A stretch of DNA of 35,591 nt from a virus (lineage: Duplodnaviria > Caudoviricetes). Made by a program: the position numbers and the translations under genes. Under the pieces are notes generated by a model, which worked only from the letters and a program-made list of their open reading frames with translations, was not told where the DNA came from and did not search any database. The stretch spans positions 1 to 35,591 of the IMG/VR virus record IMGVR_UViG_3300037515_000667; one strand, written 5' to 3'. Of this stretch, positions 26,872-33,446 are shown one piece after another (position 1 is the first letter of the stretch; each line of letters opens with the position of its first letter).

Positions 26872-27210
26872 TTACCTCTTGAAGTGTTTCGCAGCCGGAC
26901 ACGTCGCAAAATGTGGAGTTCCGTCGCTGTCATACGGGCATTTTTTACCGTTCGCGTGCCTCACCCAGTAGATTTCTTGGCGGCATGACTGGGAATGACA
27001 CCGTGCCCTATCCCCCACGTTCAACACGAGCTGTCGCACCAGCTTGTCAACCTTGGAAATATTGCGCTCGAACACCAACAGCTCGTCGAGCCGATCGCGA
27101 ACGCGGCCTAACTCGAGCAACCCGTCACGCTTCGCATCTTCGTACGCGGCACGTCGAATGCGCTTAGTGGTCGCATCCTCTTCATCGCGCGGCCTTCTGG
27201 TATCGTTCAC
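26872..27210 (-). CDS. Hypothetical phage protein with Cys/His metal-binding motif, 112 aa
   Basis: CHSQSC...IYWV...GKKCPYD...HFATCP, GGAGGG RBS, GTGA overlap with the upstream gene. Confidence 0.7.
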   Translation of the reverse strand: MNDTRRPRDEEDATTKRIRRAAYEDAKRDGLLELGRVRDRLDELLVFERNISKVDKLVRQLVLNVGDRARCHSQSCRQEIYWVRHANGKKCPYDSDGTPHFATCPAAKHFKR

Positions 27211-27779
27211 GACATTCCCTCCTTTCCGCCTCGGTCAGCGGTCGCGTCGCCAACACGTCGACATTGATCGCTTTCGGCGGCGGCTTGTTGTTTGGTTGCT
27301 GAGGAACAATTACCACGCGATCCCACATTCTGTTCTCCATTCCATTTCAGCCGCAGCCTGATCGACTGCTGCATTAACCTCAGTGTCGCGCCCCCGTGCG
27401 TCGCCTTCGTGTCCAACAGCCCGCGATACCGCCGACGAAGAGCCAGTTTGACCACTTGTCGCCGGTCGCAAATCGCAAACTGCCAGCAGCCGCGCAGAAT
27501 TAGTCGGCACTCTTCGCACGATCGGACCGAATTCATTTCGATGTCTGTGTCGTCGGACACAACGATCTGGCGCACGCCAAGCGGCGGAACGTTGTCGACG
27601 CACTCGGACGGGGCGCCACAGTACGCGCACGGCGCGTCTCTTGCCGGTGTGCCGTGTTTTGACCGATACGCGGCAAACCGGCATTTGTCGTCACAGTATT
27701 TGCGATCTCTGCGCACCGTGCTGCTTGCCTCGGTTCGCGGCGTAAGCTCCACGCCGCAGTGCTCGCAATTCCGTGTCAT
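27207..27779 (-). CDS. Zinc-finger protein with degenerate HNH-like domain, 190 aa
   Basis: CEHCG...KYCDDKCR followed by CAYCG...VDNVPP...SCEEC, ATGA overlap. Confidence 0.65.
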   Translation of the reverse strand: MTRNCEHCGVELTPRTEASSTVRRDRKYCDDKCRFAAYRSKHGTPARDAPCAYCGAPSECVDNVPPLGVRQIVVSDDTDIEMNSVRSCEECRLILRGCWQFAICDRRQVVKLALRRRYRGLLDTKATHGGATLRLMQQSIRLRLKWNGEQNVGSRGNCSSATKQQAAAESDQCRRVGDATADRGGKEGMS

Positions 27780-27973
27780 AACAGATCTGCCTGTGGCCGC
27801 GCTGCCGCGCCGCCGGCCAAGTCATTTTTCTTAGAAGCATGAATCGCGTCGACCGTTTCGACCATGGCAAGCCCTTCGGCCACGTTCCGCGCCTGCTCGC
27901 CGCAATACTCGTGAATCGCGGCGCGCTCTTCGTAATATTCTCGCCAATCTTCCGTCAGCTGTTCCGGCGTCAT
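27776..27973 (-). CDS. Small conserved phage hypothetical protein (EERAAI motif), 65 aa
   Basis: YEERAAIHEYCG...AEGLA motif, ATGA overlaps at both ends. Confidence 0.7.
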   Translation of the reverse strand: MTPEQLTEDWREYYEERAAIHEYCGEQARNVAEGLAMVETVDAIHASKKNDLAGGAAARPQADLL

Positions 27974-28410
27974 TCGTCGCCCGCGTCGTCGCCCGCGATG
28001 TCGCCCAGGCGCTCAAACTCCATGGTCCCGGACTTGCCGGCCAGGTGATCGAGCGCGGCGAGTGCGGCGTCGTTGAGCGACGACTTCCCAAAACTGATCG
28101 AGAACTGACAGTGATCCGACATCATGCGCACGGATCGCACCTCCCCGATCCCACTCATGGACGCCGACGACGTGTCGATAAATTTGCCCTGTCCCGGCAC
28201 GTCGCCTTTGGCCTGCTTGTCGGCAATCAGCGCTACGCTGATCTGCGCGCAGACAAGATAATCGTCAAACCAGGACGCGTCCTGGTGGTCGGCGTTGCGC
28301 GCGACCTTGCACGTAATCGTCACGCGATTGCCGACGCCGACGTTTTTGCTGCCGAACGTAGCATCGCATCGCCGGGTGTTTGGGTTGGCGGCCGCCTTCT
28401 TAGCCATCAC
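27970..28410 (-). CDS. Hypothetical protein, about 146 aa
   Basis: AAGGAG RBS, stop overlaps the next start. Confidence 0.75.
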   Translation of the reverse strand: MMAKKAAANPNTRRCDATFGSKNVGVGNRVTITCKVARNADHQDASWFDDYLVCAQISVALIADKQAKGDVPGQGKFIDTSSASMSGIGEVRSVRMMSDHCQFSISFGKSSLNDAALAALDHLAGKSGTMEFERLGDIAGDDAGDE

Positions 28411-28435
28411 AAAAACTCCTTATTCGTAGTCCTCG

Positions 28436-28469
28436 AAAAACACGCCCGCCCGAACGCCGGGCGCGGCGC
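28436..28469 (-). terminator. Putative intrinsic terminator
   Basis: cgccgcgcccg/cgggcgggcg stem followed by GTTTTT on the minus strand. Confidence 0.45.
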
Positions 28470-28479
28470 TGTATCGCAC

Positions 28480-28776
28480 CTATTGTTTTTTGTCTTCAAG
28501 GCTGGCACCAACATGGGGGAAATCGGCGGCCTTGTTCAACGCTTGTTTCAACATGGGCCGCTGCCTGTGCCTCATTCCTCCACAACCCGGCGGATACCAG
28601 CGCCGCGGATGACCTGTCGCATGTACTGATCCGGTACGTACCAGGCGCTCGAGCGTCTCTGCTACCGCGCCGTGTGACAGGCGGCGGTGCGAGCCTCTAA
28701 GGTATGTACAGATGGCGTGCGTGGTCATGCCGGGTGTTTGTCGCACGGCCGCGCGAACATCTCCCTTGAGGCTCAT
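28480..28776 (-). CDS. Putative winged-helix DNA-binding protein, 98 aa
   Basis: ATG 1 nt after the upstream stop. VRQTPGMTTHAIC...VAETLERLVRTGSV resembles a wHTH. Confidence 0.55.
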   Translation of the reverse strand: MSLKGDVRAAVRQTPGMTTHAICTYLRGSHRRLSHGAVAETLERLVRTGSVHATGHPRRWYPPGCGGMRHRQRPMLKQALNKAADFPHVGASLEDKKQ

Positions 28777-28777
28777 G

Positions 28778-28972
28778 TCAAGCGACCGAGAATGTTTCGG
28801 GTTCGGTCGCGCCGGGATGCCATACGCGGTAGCTGCCGGCGACGGCTTCATCGTTTTCGCGCAGCATGTAGGCGCACAGGTCCGCTAGTGTCTGGGTCGC
28901 GCACACGTCGATCCAATCGGAGACTGTGCTGGTCGTGGTGCTGAACTTTTGGATTAGATACGGATGTTCCAC
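28778..28972 (-). CDS. Hypothetical protein, 64 aa
   Basis: AAGGAG 7 nt before GTG. Confidence 0.6.
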   Translation of the reverse strand: MEHPYLIQKFSTTTSTVSDWIDVCATQTLADLCAYMLRENDEAVAGSYRVWHPGATEPETFSVA

Positions 28973-29065
28973 TTCATTGCTCCTTTGATTTTTCAGAAAC
29001 GGCTATCTCATCGAGCTGCGGGTTGCATGTCCCAAAAAGGTGGACGGTTTTGTCCGGGTCATAGT

Positions 29066-29389
29066 TCACCCAGAGCACCTCGGCGCGGGTTCCTTTGCTG
29101 GAGTGAATCGTCCGCTCGGCGCGGGTTCCTTTGCTGGAGTGAATCGTCCGCTCGAGAAATCGCTGTCAATTGCTGTTGATTCGCCCGGCAGCGACTGGTC
29201 AAAGTGATCCTCCTCAGCGAGGGACTCGAATCCCGACAGCTTGCCGCCATCCTCGTAATCCACAGCGACGACAGACGCCGCTTGCTCCATCAGCCGTTCG
29301 CGCTCCTGCTTGGTCATTCGCAGAAGCGATCGCGCACTCACGCGGAGTACTTCTATTTCGTCAGTCGCGATGAGTTGCTTGTCATCCAT
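29066..29389 (-). CDS. Hypothetical protein, 107 aa, with duplicated C-terminal 12-mer
   Basis: AAGGA RBS, helical acidic core, SGRFTPAKEPAP twice. Confidence 0.55.
   Translation of the reverse strand: MDDKQLIATDEIEVLRVSARSLLRMTKQERERLMEQAASVVAVDYEDGGKLSGFESLAEEDHFDQSLPGESTAIDSDFSSGRFTPAKEPAPSGRFTPAKEPAPRCSG
29079..29154. repeat. Exact 36-bp tandem duplication (2.1 copies)
   Basis: ctcggcgcgggttcctttgctggagtgaatcgtccg at 29079 and 29115. Confidence 0.95.
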
Positions 29390-29402
29390 GGGTCATCCTT
29401 CG

Positions 29403-29630
29403 CAGGTTTGCGTAACGTTGTTTCACGTTCATCCCTCAACATTTAACATGGCTCTGAGGCTTGTCTATACTACGCTCAGCATTTAACACCGGGCGCCGCT
29501 GCGCAAAATCACGCGAGAGTATTCCATTCTGTATTCCACCGCTGACACAGCACAGGCAGTGTCTGCTGCCGATCACGTCGCAATCGGCGGGTCGATTTCC
29601 GCCAGGTTTTTGCGCAACGTTGTTTCACGT
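29403..29630. repeat. Nested direct repeats in intergenic region
   Basis: caggttt(tt)gcg(t/c)aacgttgtttcacgt at 29403-29428 and 29603-29630. ctca(a/g)catttaaca at 29435-29448 and 29475-29488. Confidence 0.85.
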
Positions 29631-29636
29631 GAAACA
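29621..29636. promoter_or_regulatory. parS centromere-like site (ParB/Spo0J binding)
   Basis: TGTTTCACGTGAAACA, a perfect 16-bp match to the widely conserved chromosomal parS palindrome, in an intergenic position. Confidence 0.8.
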
Positions 29637-29652
29637 CCGTTGCGCCATGGCA

Positions 29653-30120
29653 TCATCCTATTTTGCTTGGCGCGGGCAGCCGCAGAAGCTTGCTTCCGTC
29701 GGTTATCTCGGAGAGTTGCGGCAAAACAAGATCGCCAATCGTCTCGCCTTTCCGACCGATCACGATGTACGGCATGAATTCCTGCTCTATCGTTGCGACC
29801 CCATCGTCAACCGCGACCAGCTTGGCCTTGACCACCGCAGCCAATGAACGCCATCGCCGCCGGTATTCTTGATCCCACGCGTTGCATTGCACAGATTCGG
29901 CGCGCTGTCTGCCGGTTTCGCTCAGCGCGAAGTCGCTCCGGTTTGGCATCTTGATTGCCATGCGCACAGTCATCTTGTCCGCGATCTTGAACATGATAGT
30001 GGCGCTGTCTTTTTTTTCGATGTGCCCGAACTCATCGCAGCCAAAGCGACGAATAGCGCGCTTGATTTCCTCTACAGACTTCGAGGCCGACACGCTGGTG
30101 TTTTTCGCAAAACGTCTCAT
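29653..30120 (-). CDS. Conserved phage hypothetical protein, 155 aa
   Basis: FAKNTSVS..KS..EI...RRFG and RRRWRSL..VVKAKLVAV.DG..T.EQEFMP pattern, recalled as common in phage early regions. Confidence 0.75.
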   Translation of the reverse strand: MRRFAKNTSVSASKSVEEIKRAIRRFGCDEFGHIEKKDSATIMFKIADKMTVRMAIKMPNRSDFALSETGRQRAESVQCNAWDQEYRRRWRSLAAVVKAKLVAVDDGVATIEQEFMPYIVIGRKGETIGDLVLPQLSEITDGSKLLRLPAPSKIG

Positions 30121-31107
30121 TTACGCCTCCACCTCCGCCAGATACTCATCGCGCCGCGCAGCGTCGAATTCCGCGCCGTCCAGCAGCGCGATGAACAGAT
30201 CGAGCCAATTCTCCGGCGTGGTTCCCAACGGTGCGGACCCCTGGTCCAAATGGTGCGACACACGAGTATCGCCCGCGCCCGGCCACATAACAGTCAGATC
30301 GATCTGATCCAGCGGGCCGAATCTATCGACCTGGTCGCGCGCCCACGGATGAAAAAATCTTGCGCCGATCTTCCACGCCTCGATGCGGTCCTGCCCCCAA
30401 TGCCAGCCGGTGTCGACCTCGCGCCATGATCGGTCCCAGCCCCATCCCAGCGGCAGCCACGGCACGATGCCAGGCACGTCGGGAGAATGCGTTTGCGCGA
30501 AGTCCCATGATCGCGCTATCTGCTCGACTCCGAGCGTGCCGGTCGGATCACGGTAGATCGTCGGCGAGCATGGCATCTCGCGCTCATGCCCGGTCGTGTA
30601 CGTGTTCCGCGCCCATCCGCAGCCAGCGTTGACCGGATCGACCGACAAGTGGCCGCGAAATGATGCGCTTGCATTTGGCCACACACTTTCGATAGTCCCA
30701 ATGATCTCGCGATTGATCCGATACAATTCGTCCGGGTCTGCTCGCTTGTGATTCTGCTCGCTGTCGATGATCACGTAGGTCGGCTTTTTGACCCCCCACG
30801 TCGTCAACTCAGCAACCCGCTCATACCACGCGTCATTGTTGCGAGACGCGACAAGACTATCTGGACCCCACACCACGGCCAGGTACGCGCGACCGCCCTC
30901 GTGCGCGCGGCTATACGTCGATGCGTCCAGGATCGCGTCAACCTGCTCGCGCGTATCGAAATGCCCGATCGGCGCGACGCCCGCGACTCGTATGAACTCG
31001 CGCAGCAAGTCGGGATACGGGATCAACGAATAGCAATTGTAAAACACCAGCGGATACTTCAGCGAGGGGCGGTCGGCCAGTTTTTTTGTTGCTTCAGTGA
31101 TTGTCAT
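30121..31107 (-). CDS. Putative TIM-barrel glycoside hydrolase (GH56/hyaluronidase-like), 328 aa
   Basis: Ordered motifs YVIIDSE, VWPNA, SPTIY, IVPW and LTVMW resemble GH56 AVIDWE, RPNA, FPSIY, V.PY and IVLW. Trp-rich. Confidence 0.45.
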   Translation of the reverse strand: MTITEATKKLADRPSLKYPLVFYNCYSLIPYPDLLREFIRVAGVAPIGHFDTREQVDAILDASTYSRAHEGGRAYLAVVWGPDSLVASRNNDAWYERVAELTTWGVKKPTYVIIDSEQNHKRADPDELYRINREIIGTIESVWPNASASFRGHLSVDPVNAGCGWARNTYTTGHEREMPCSPTIYRDPTGTLGVEQIARSWDFAQTHSPDVPGIVPWLPLGWGWDRSWREVDTGWHWGQDRIEAWKIGARFFHPWARDQVDRFGPLDQIDLTVMWPGAGDTRVSHHLDQGSAPLGTTPENWLDLFIALLDGAEFDAARRDEYLAEVEA

Positions 31108-31285
31108 TGCGGGATCCCTTCGTAGGCCTTCGGATTGCAGCGAATTTGATGGTGGGTTTGGGTTGGTACTTTCCCCAGTGCATGGTATCGCACCTGGGGC
31201 ACAGGATCATGACCGGCGGCGGCTTCGGTCGTGGGCCGACAGGACGGACTGACGGCACTGGCTTCATCGCTTTCGGATCATTCAT
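31094..31285 (-). CDS. Small Pro-rich protein with CxxC, 63 aa
   Basis: AAGGGAG RBS, CPRCDTMH, overlaps the next start. Confidence 0.5.
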   Translation of the reverse strand: MNDPKAMKPVPSVRPVGPRPKPPPVMILCPRCDTMHWGKYQPKPTIKFAAIRRPTKGSRNDNH

Positions 31286-31303
31286 TTGTGTTGCTCCCTT
31301 CGG

Positions 31304-31330
31304 CAATTGTCAAGGAATCCTTGACAGTTG
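31304..31330. promoter_or_regulatory. 27-bp near-perfect palindrome, candidate operator
   Basis: caattgtcaagga-a-tccttgacagttg, intergenic, contains TTGACA on both strands. Confidence 0.6.
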
Positions 31331-31392
31331 GGACGGCGTTCGGCAGTTGCTTACTTTTCACCACTTCGCATCACTTCGCACCACCCTTGGAC

Positions 31393-31674
31393 TCATCGGC
31401 ATGAGTCGATTGGCATTACGCACATGGGATAGACCGTGATGGCATTCATCGCGATCGCTACGCGAAAGTCGCACACCGCGCCGCGTTCCGCGCGCTCGCA
31501 GAATCGCATCACGCTCATCGGCGTGATCTGTGTGCGGCGCGCGGTCTCGCGTATTCCCATGGATCGCACCTGGGTCGCGAGTTCACCGAGCCAGCGGTCA
31601 GCCTGCTCGTAGTTGTGCTTGTAGATGCTGATCAAATCTTCGCGTACGTCGGCGCTGTAGGTTTCTGTTCTCAT
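31393..31674 (-). CDS. Putative HTH transcriptional regulator, 93 aa
   Basis: MGIRETARRTQITPMSVMRF helix-turn-helix-like segment, GGGAGAG RBS. Confidence 0.6.
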   Translation of the reverse strand: MRTETYSADVREDLISIYKHNYEQADRWLGELATQVRSMGIRETARRTQITPMSVMRFCERAERGAVCDFRVAIAMNAITVYPMCVMPIDSCR

Positions 31675-31698
31675 TGCGGCTTCTCTCCCATGCTTGAT

Positions 31699-31941
31699 TC
31701 ACCCTCTCGCAAAGACCTCGAACGGAACAATGCGGGACCGCCCGACCTCCGGCCGGATCAGCACTCGCCATGCGCGCTCGTGTCGGTCGATAGAAATGAT
31801 GATCTCGGGGTCGACGCGTGGCAGAGTAGTGCGTTGCCGCGTAATGCGTGATTCGCAGAGAATCAGATGGCCGTCGCCGATTTCCACGACGGGTATGCGC
31901 ACGTTGTCCATACGCAGTTCGATTCGCATTGCGGGTTTCAT
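31699..31941 (-). CDS. Hypothetical beta-rich protein, 80 aa
   Basis: ATGA overlap with the upstream stop, AGGTGG RBS. Confidence 0.6.
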   Translation of the reverse strand: MKPAMRIELRMDNVRIPVVEIGDGHLILCESRITRQRTTLPRVDPEIIISIDRHERAWRVLIRPEVGRSRIVPFEVFARG

Positions 31942-32441
31942 TGGCCACCTACGGCTTGATACGGGATATAGGTGAAGCAATCGTTCAGCGCCGCGTCATC
32001 ATCAACGCGATCGCAAACCTCTGCGCAGACGCCCGCAGCGCCCTCGGAGATTTGCGCACAAGTCCGCGCCCCGCCGATGCAGTCATGCGCGCTCACCGTC
32101 ACCACGTCATACCCGCCAACAATCAGCGAGGTCGCGAACTCCTCGGCGATCTGGGCGCAACTCCGCGCGGCGAAGTCAACGTAATCAGGCGCGTGCTTGT
32201 CTTTTGGGTAGCACGCGAACTGGTTTATTACGTCGCGCAGCAACTCAACCTGTACGCGATTATAGTTTTTCCTGGCATTACACGGCTTGCAGCAACCGCC
32301 GTCCGTAGAGTTACGGCGGGCGCGCGCCGCCGCGCTGACGTGGAATAGGTGCGCGTGCGTTGTGCGCTGCCACCATAGTTTGTCCGGCGCGTCGTCCCAA
32401 CGATGAAGTCCCAGCTTGGAGTGATTGACTTCAATTATCAC
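31938..32441 (-). CDS. Cys-rich hypothetical/mosaic protein, about 167 aa (start uncertain)
   Basis: Stop coupled to the next ATG. GTG at 32441 overlaps the stop of a 7-aa mini-ORF (32438-32461). CKPCNARK resembles an HNH remnant. Confidence 0.4.
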   Translation of the reverse strand: MIIEVNHSKLGLHRWDDAPDKLWWQRTTHAHLFHVSAAARARRNSTDGGCCKPCNARKNYNRVQVELLRDVINQFACYPKDKHAPDYVDFAARSCAQIAEEFATSLIVGGYDVVTVSAHDCIGGARTCAQISEGAAGVCAEVCDRVDDDAALNDCFTYIPYQAVGGQ

Positions 32442-32809
32442 AAGTGGAATTCTAATGTCATGTACTCCTTGTCTTCGCGCGCCGACGGGCGCCAGCAACT
32501 ACGCCGGTCTCCTTCATCTTCTGCTCAACGAGCTTGTGCAACTTCTTGTAGGTGCCGCTCCGGCGAAACGAAGCGCGCTCGGACGCTTCGGTCAGCCGCT
32601 TGGCGACCAAGCCGTCGAGCGGGTCGAAGAGGGCATTGGAAAGATCGGCCCATGTCTTCGACTTCTCGGCCAGGCGGTGCGCCTCGGCAAGAATGTCGGC
32701 AAATGTGATCGTCATGTCACTCTCCCTAGCAAGGCGCCCTGTACAGTCGCGGCATCGAGTAGCCACACCACCTCATACCCACCAACAATCAACGAGGTCG
32801 AAAACTCCT
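32100..32809. repeat. Dispersed 44-bp direct repeat (39/44 identical)
   Basis: Copies at 32100-32143 and 32766-32809, encoding EFATSLIVGGYDVV and EFSTSLIVGGYEVV on the minus strand. Confidence 0.9.
32458..32715 (-). CDS. Hypothetical helical protein, 85 aa
   Basis: GGGAGAG RBS before ATG (MTITFAD...), TWADLSNALFDP motif. Confidence 0.7.
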   Translation of the reverse strand: MTITFADILAEAHRLAEKSKTWADLSNALFDPLDGLVAKRLTEASERASFRRSGTYKKLHKLVEQKMKETGVVAGARRRAKTRST

Positions 32810-32992
32810 TGACTTCACCTCAATCCGATGCATTTCCTTCCAAATACTCTGGAGATCGCTCGCGTCAAACGCGCGATCGTCATACGGATAAAACCTCTGA
32901 CCCAACAGGATCCCCACCGCCTCCAGGCCACGATACACTGTCCGTTGCTCCTGATTTACCCAGTCAAACGTGATCCGAACCTCTTCGCTCAT
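32789..32992 (-). CDS. Hypothetical protein, 67 aa (possibly frameshifted and continuing to 32712)
   Basis: GGAG RBS before ATG (MSEEVR...). Confidence 0.55.
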   Translation of the reverse strand: MSEEVRITFDWVNQEQRTVYRGLEAVGILLGQRFYPYDDRAFDASDLQSIWKEMHRIEVKSRSFRPR

Positions 32993-33109
32993 CAGACATT
33001 CTCCAAAAAATCCAAGGCTCGCCAAACGCCGGATACCGAGATATCGATTCTGACGCGTTCTAAGTGGGCGCCAGTCAACGCAGGAATCCATAAATGTTAC
33101 CACCGGTTC

Positions 33110-33129
33110 AAAGCCGTTGCAACGGCTTT
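33110..33129. promoter_or_regulatory. Perfect 20-bp palindrome
   Basis: aaagccgttgcaacggcttt in a non-coding region. Confidence 0.6.
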
Positions 33130-33267
33130 TACGGAAAGTCTGAGCGTCTGGTGGCATTCTGTGTGATATTTGCGGGGGCTATTAAGTGCCGAACGGTGGC
33201 GGGCGTGGGGGGGGTCGGGGGCGTCGAATCGGTCTGGGGCCCCCCGGGCCGCCCATAAGTTCTTCAG

Positions 33268-33424
33268 AATCAAGGATTTGTATCAAGGATTTGTAACCGT
33301 GCGTTCCCTCGGTTCTGTCTTTCTTGGCAGCTTCTGGGCAGCCCAGCTGCTCAAGGCCCGAGCCCGCCCGAGACGGCCGACGATGGATGCGGCCCGCCGA
33401 GCATAATCTCCTAAATCCTTGATT
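33268..33424. promoter_or_regulatory. Cluster of three IHF-consensus sites (WATCAANNNNTTR)
   Basis: AATCAAGGATTTG (33268-33280), TATCAAGGATTTG (33281-33293) and inverted AATCAAGGATTTA (33412-33424). Confidence 0.65.
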
Positions 33425-33446
33425 TTGCTAGTCTTACGGGAATCGG

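Noticed and set aside
28975-29065. tRNA or structured ncRNA in intergenic gaps
   Set aside because: No cloverleaf or T-loop (GTTCRA) signature was found by eye. An Infernal/tRNAscan run would be needed to exclude it fully.
29079-29154. 36-bp repeat as a CRISPR array
   Set aside because: The copies are directly adjacent with no spacer, only two are present, and there are no cas genes.
32100-32809. 44-bp repeat pair as DGR template/variable repeats
   Set aside because: No reverse transcriptase in the window, the repeat is too short, and coding-strand differences are not at adenines and are mostly synonymous.
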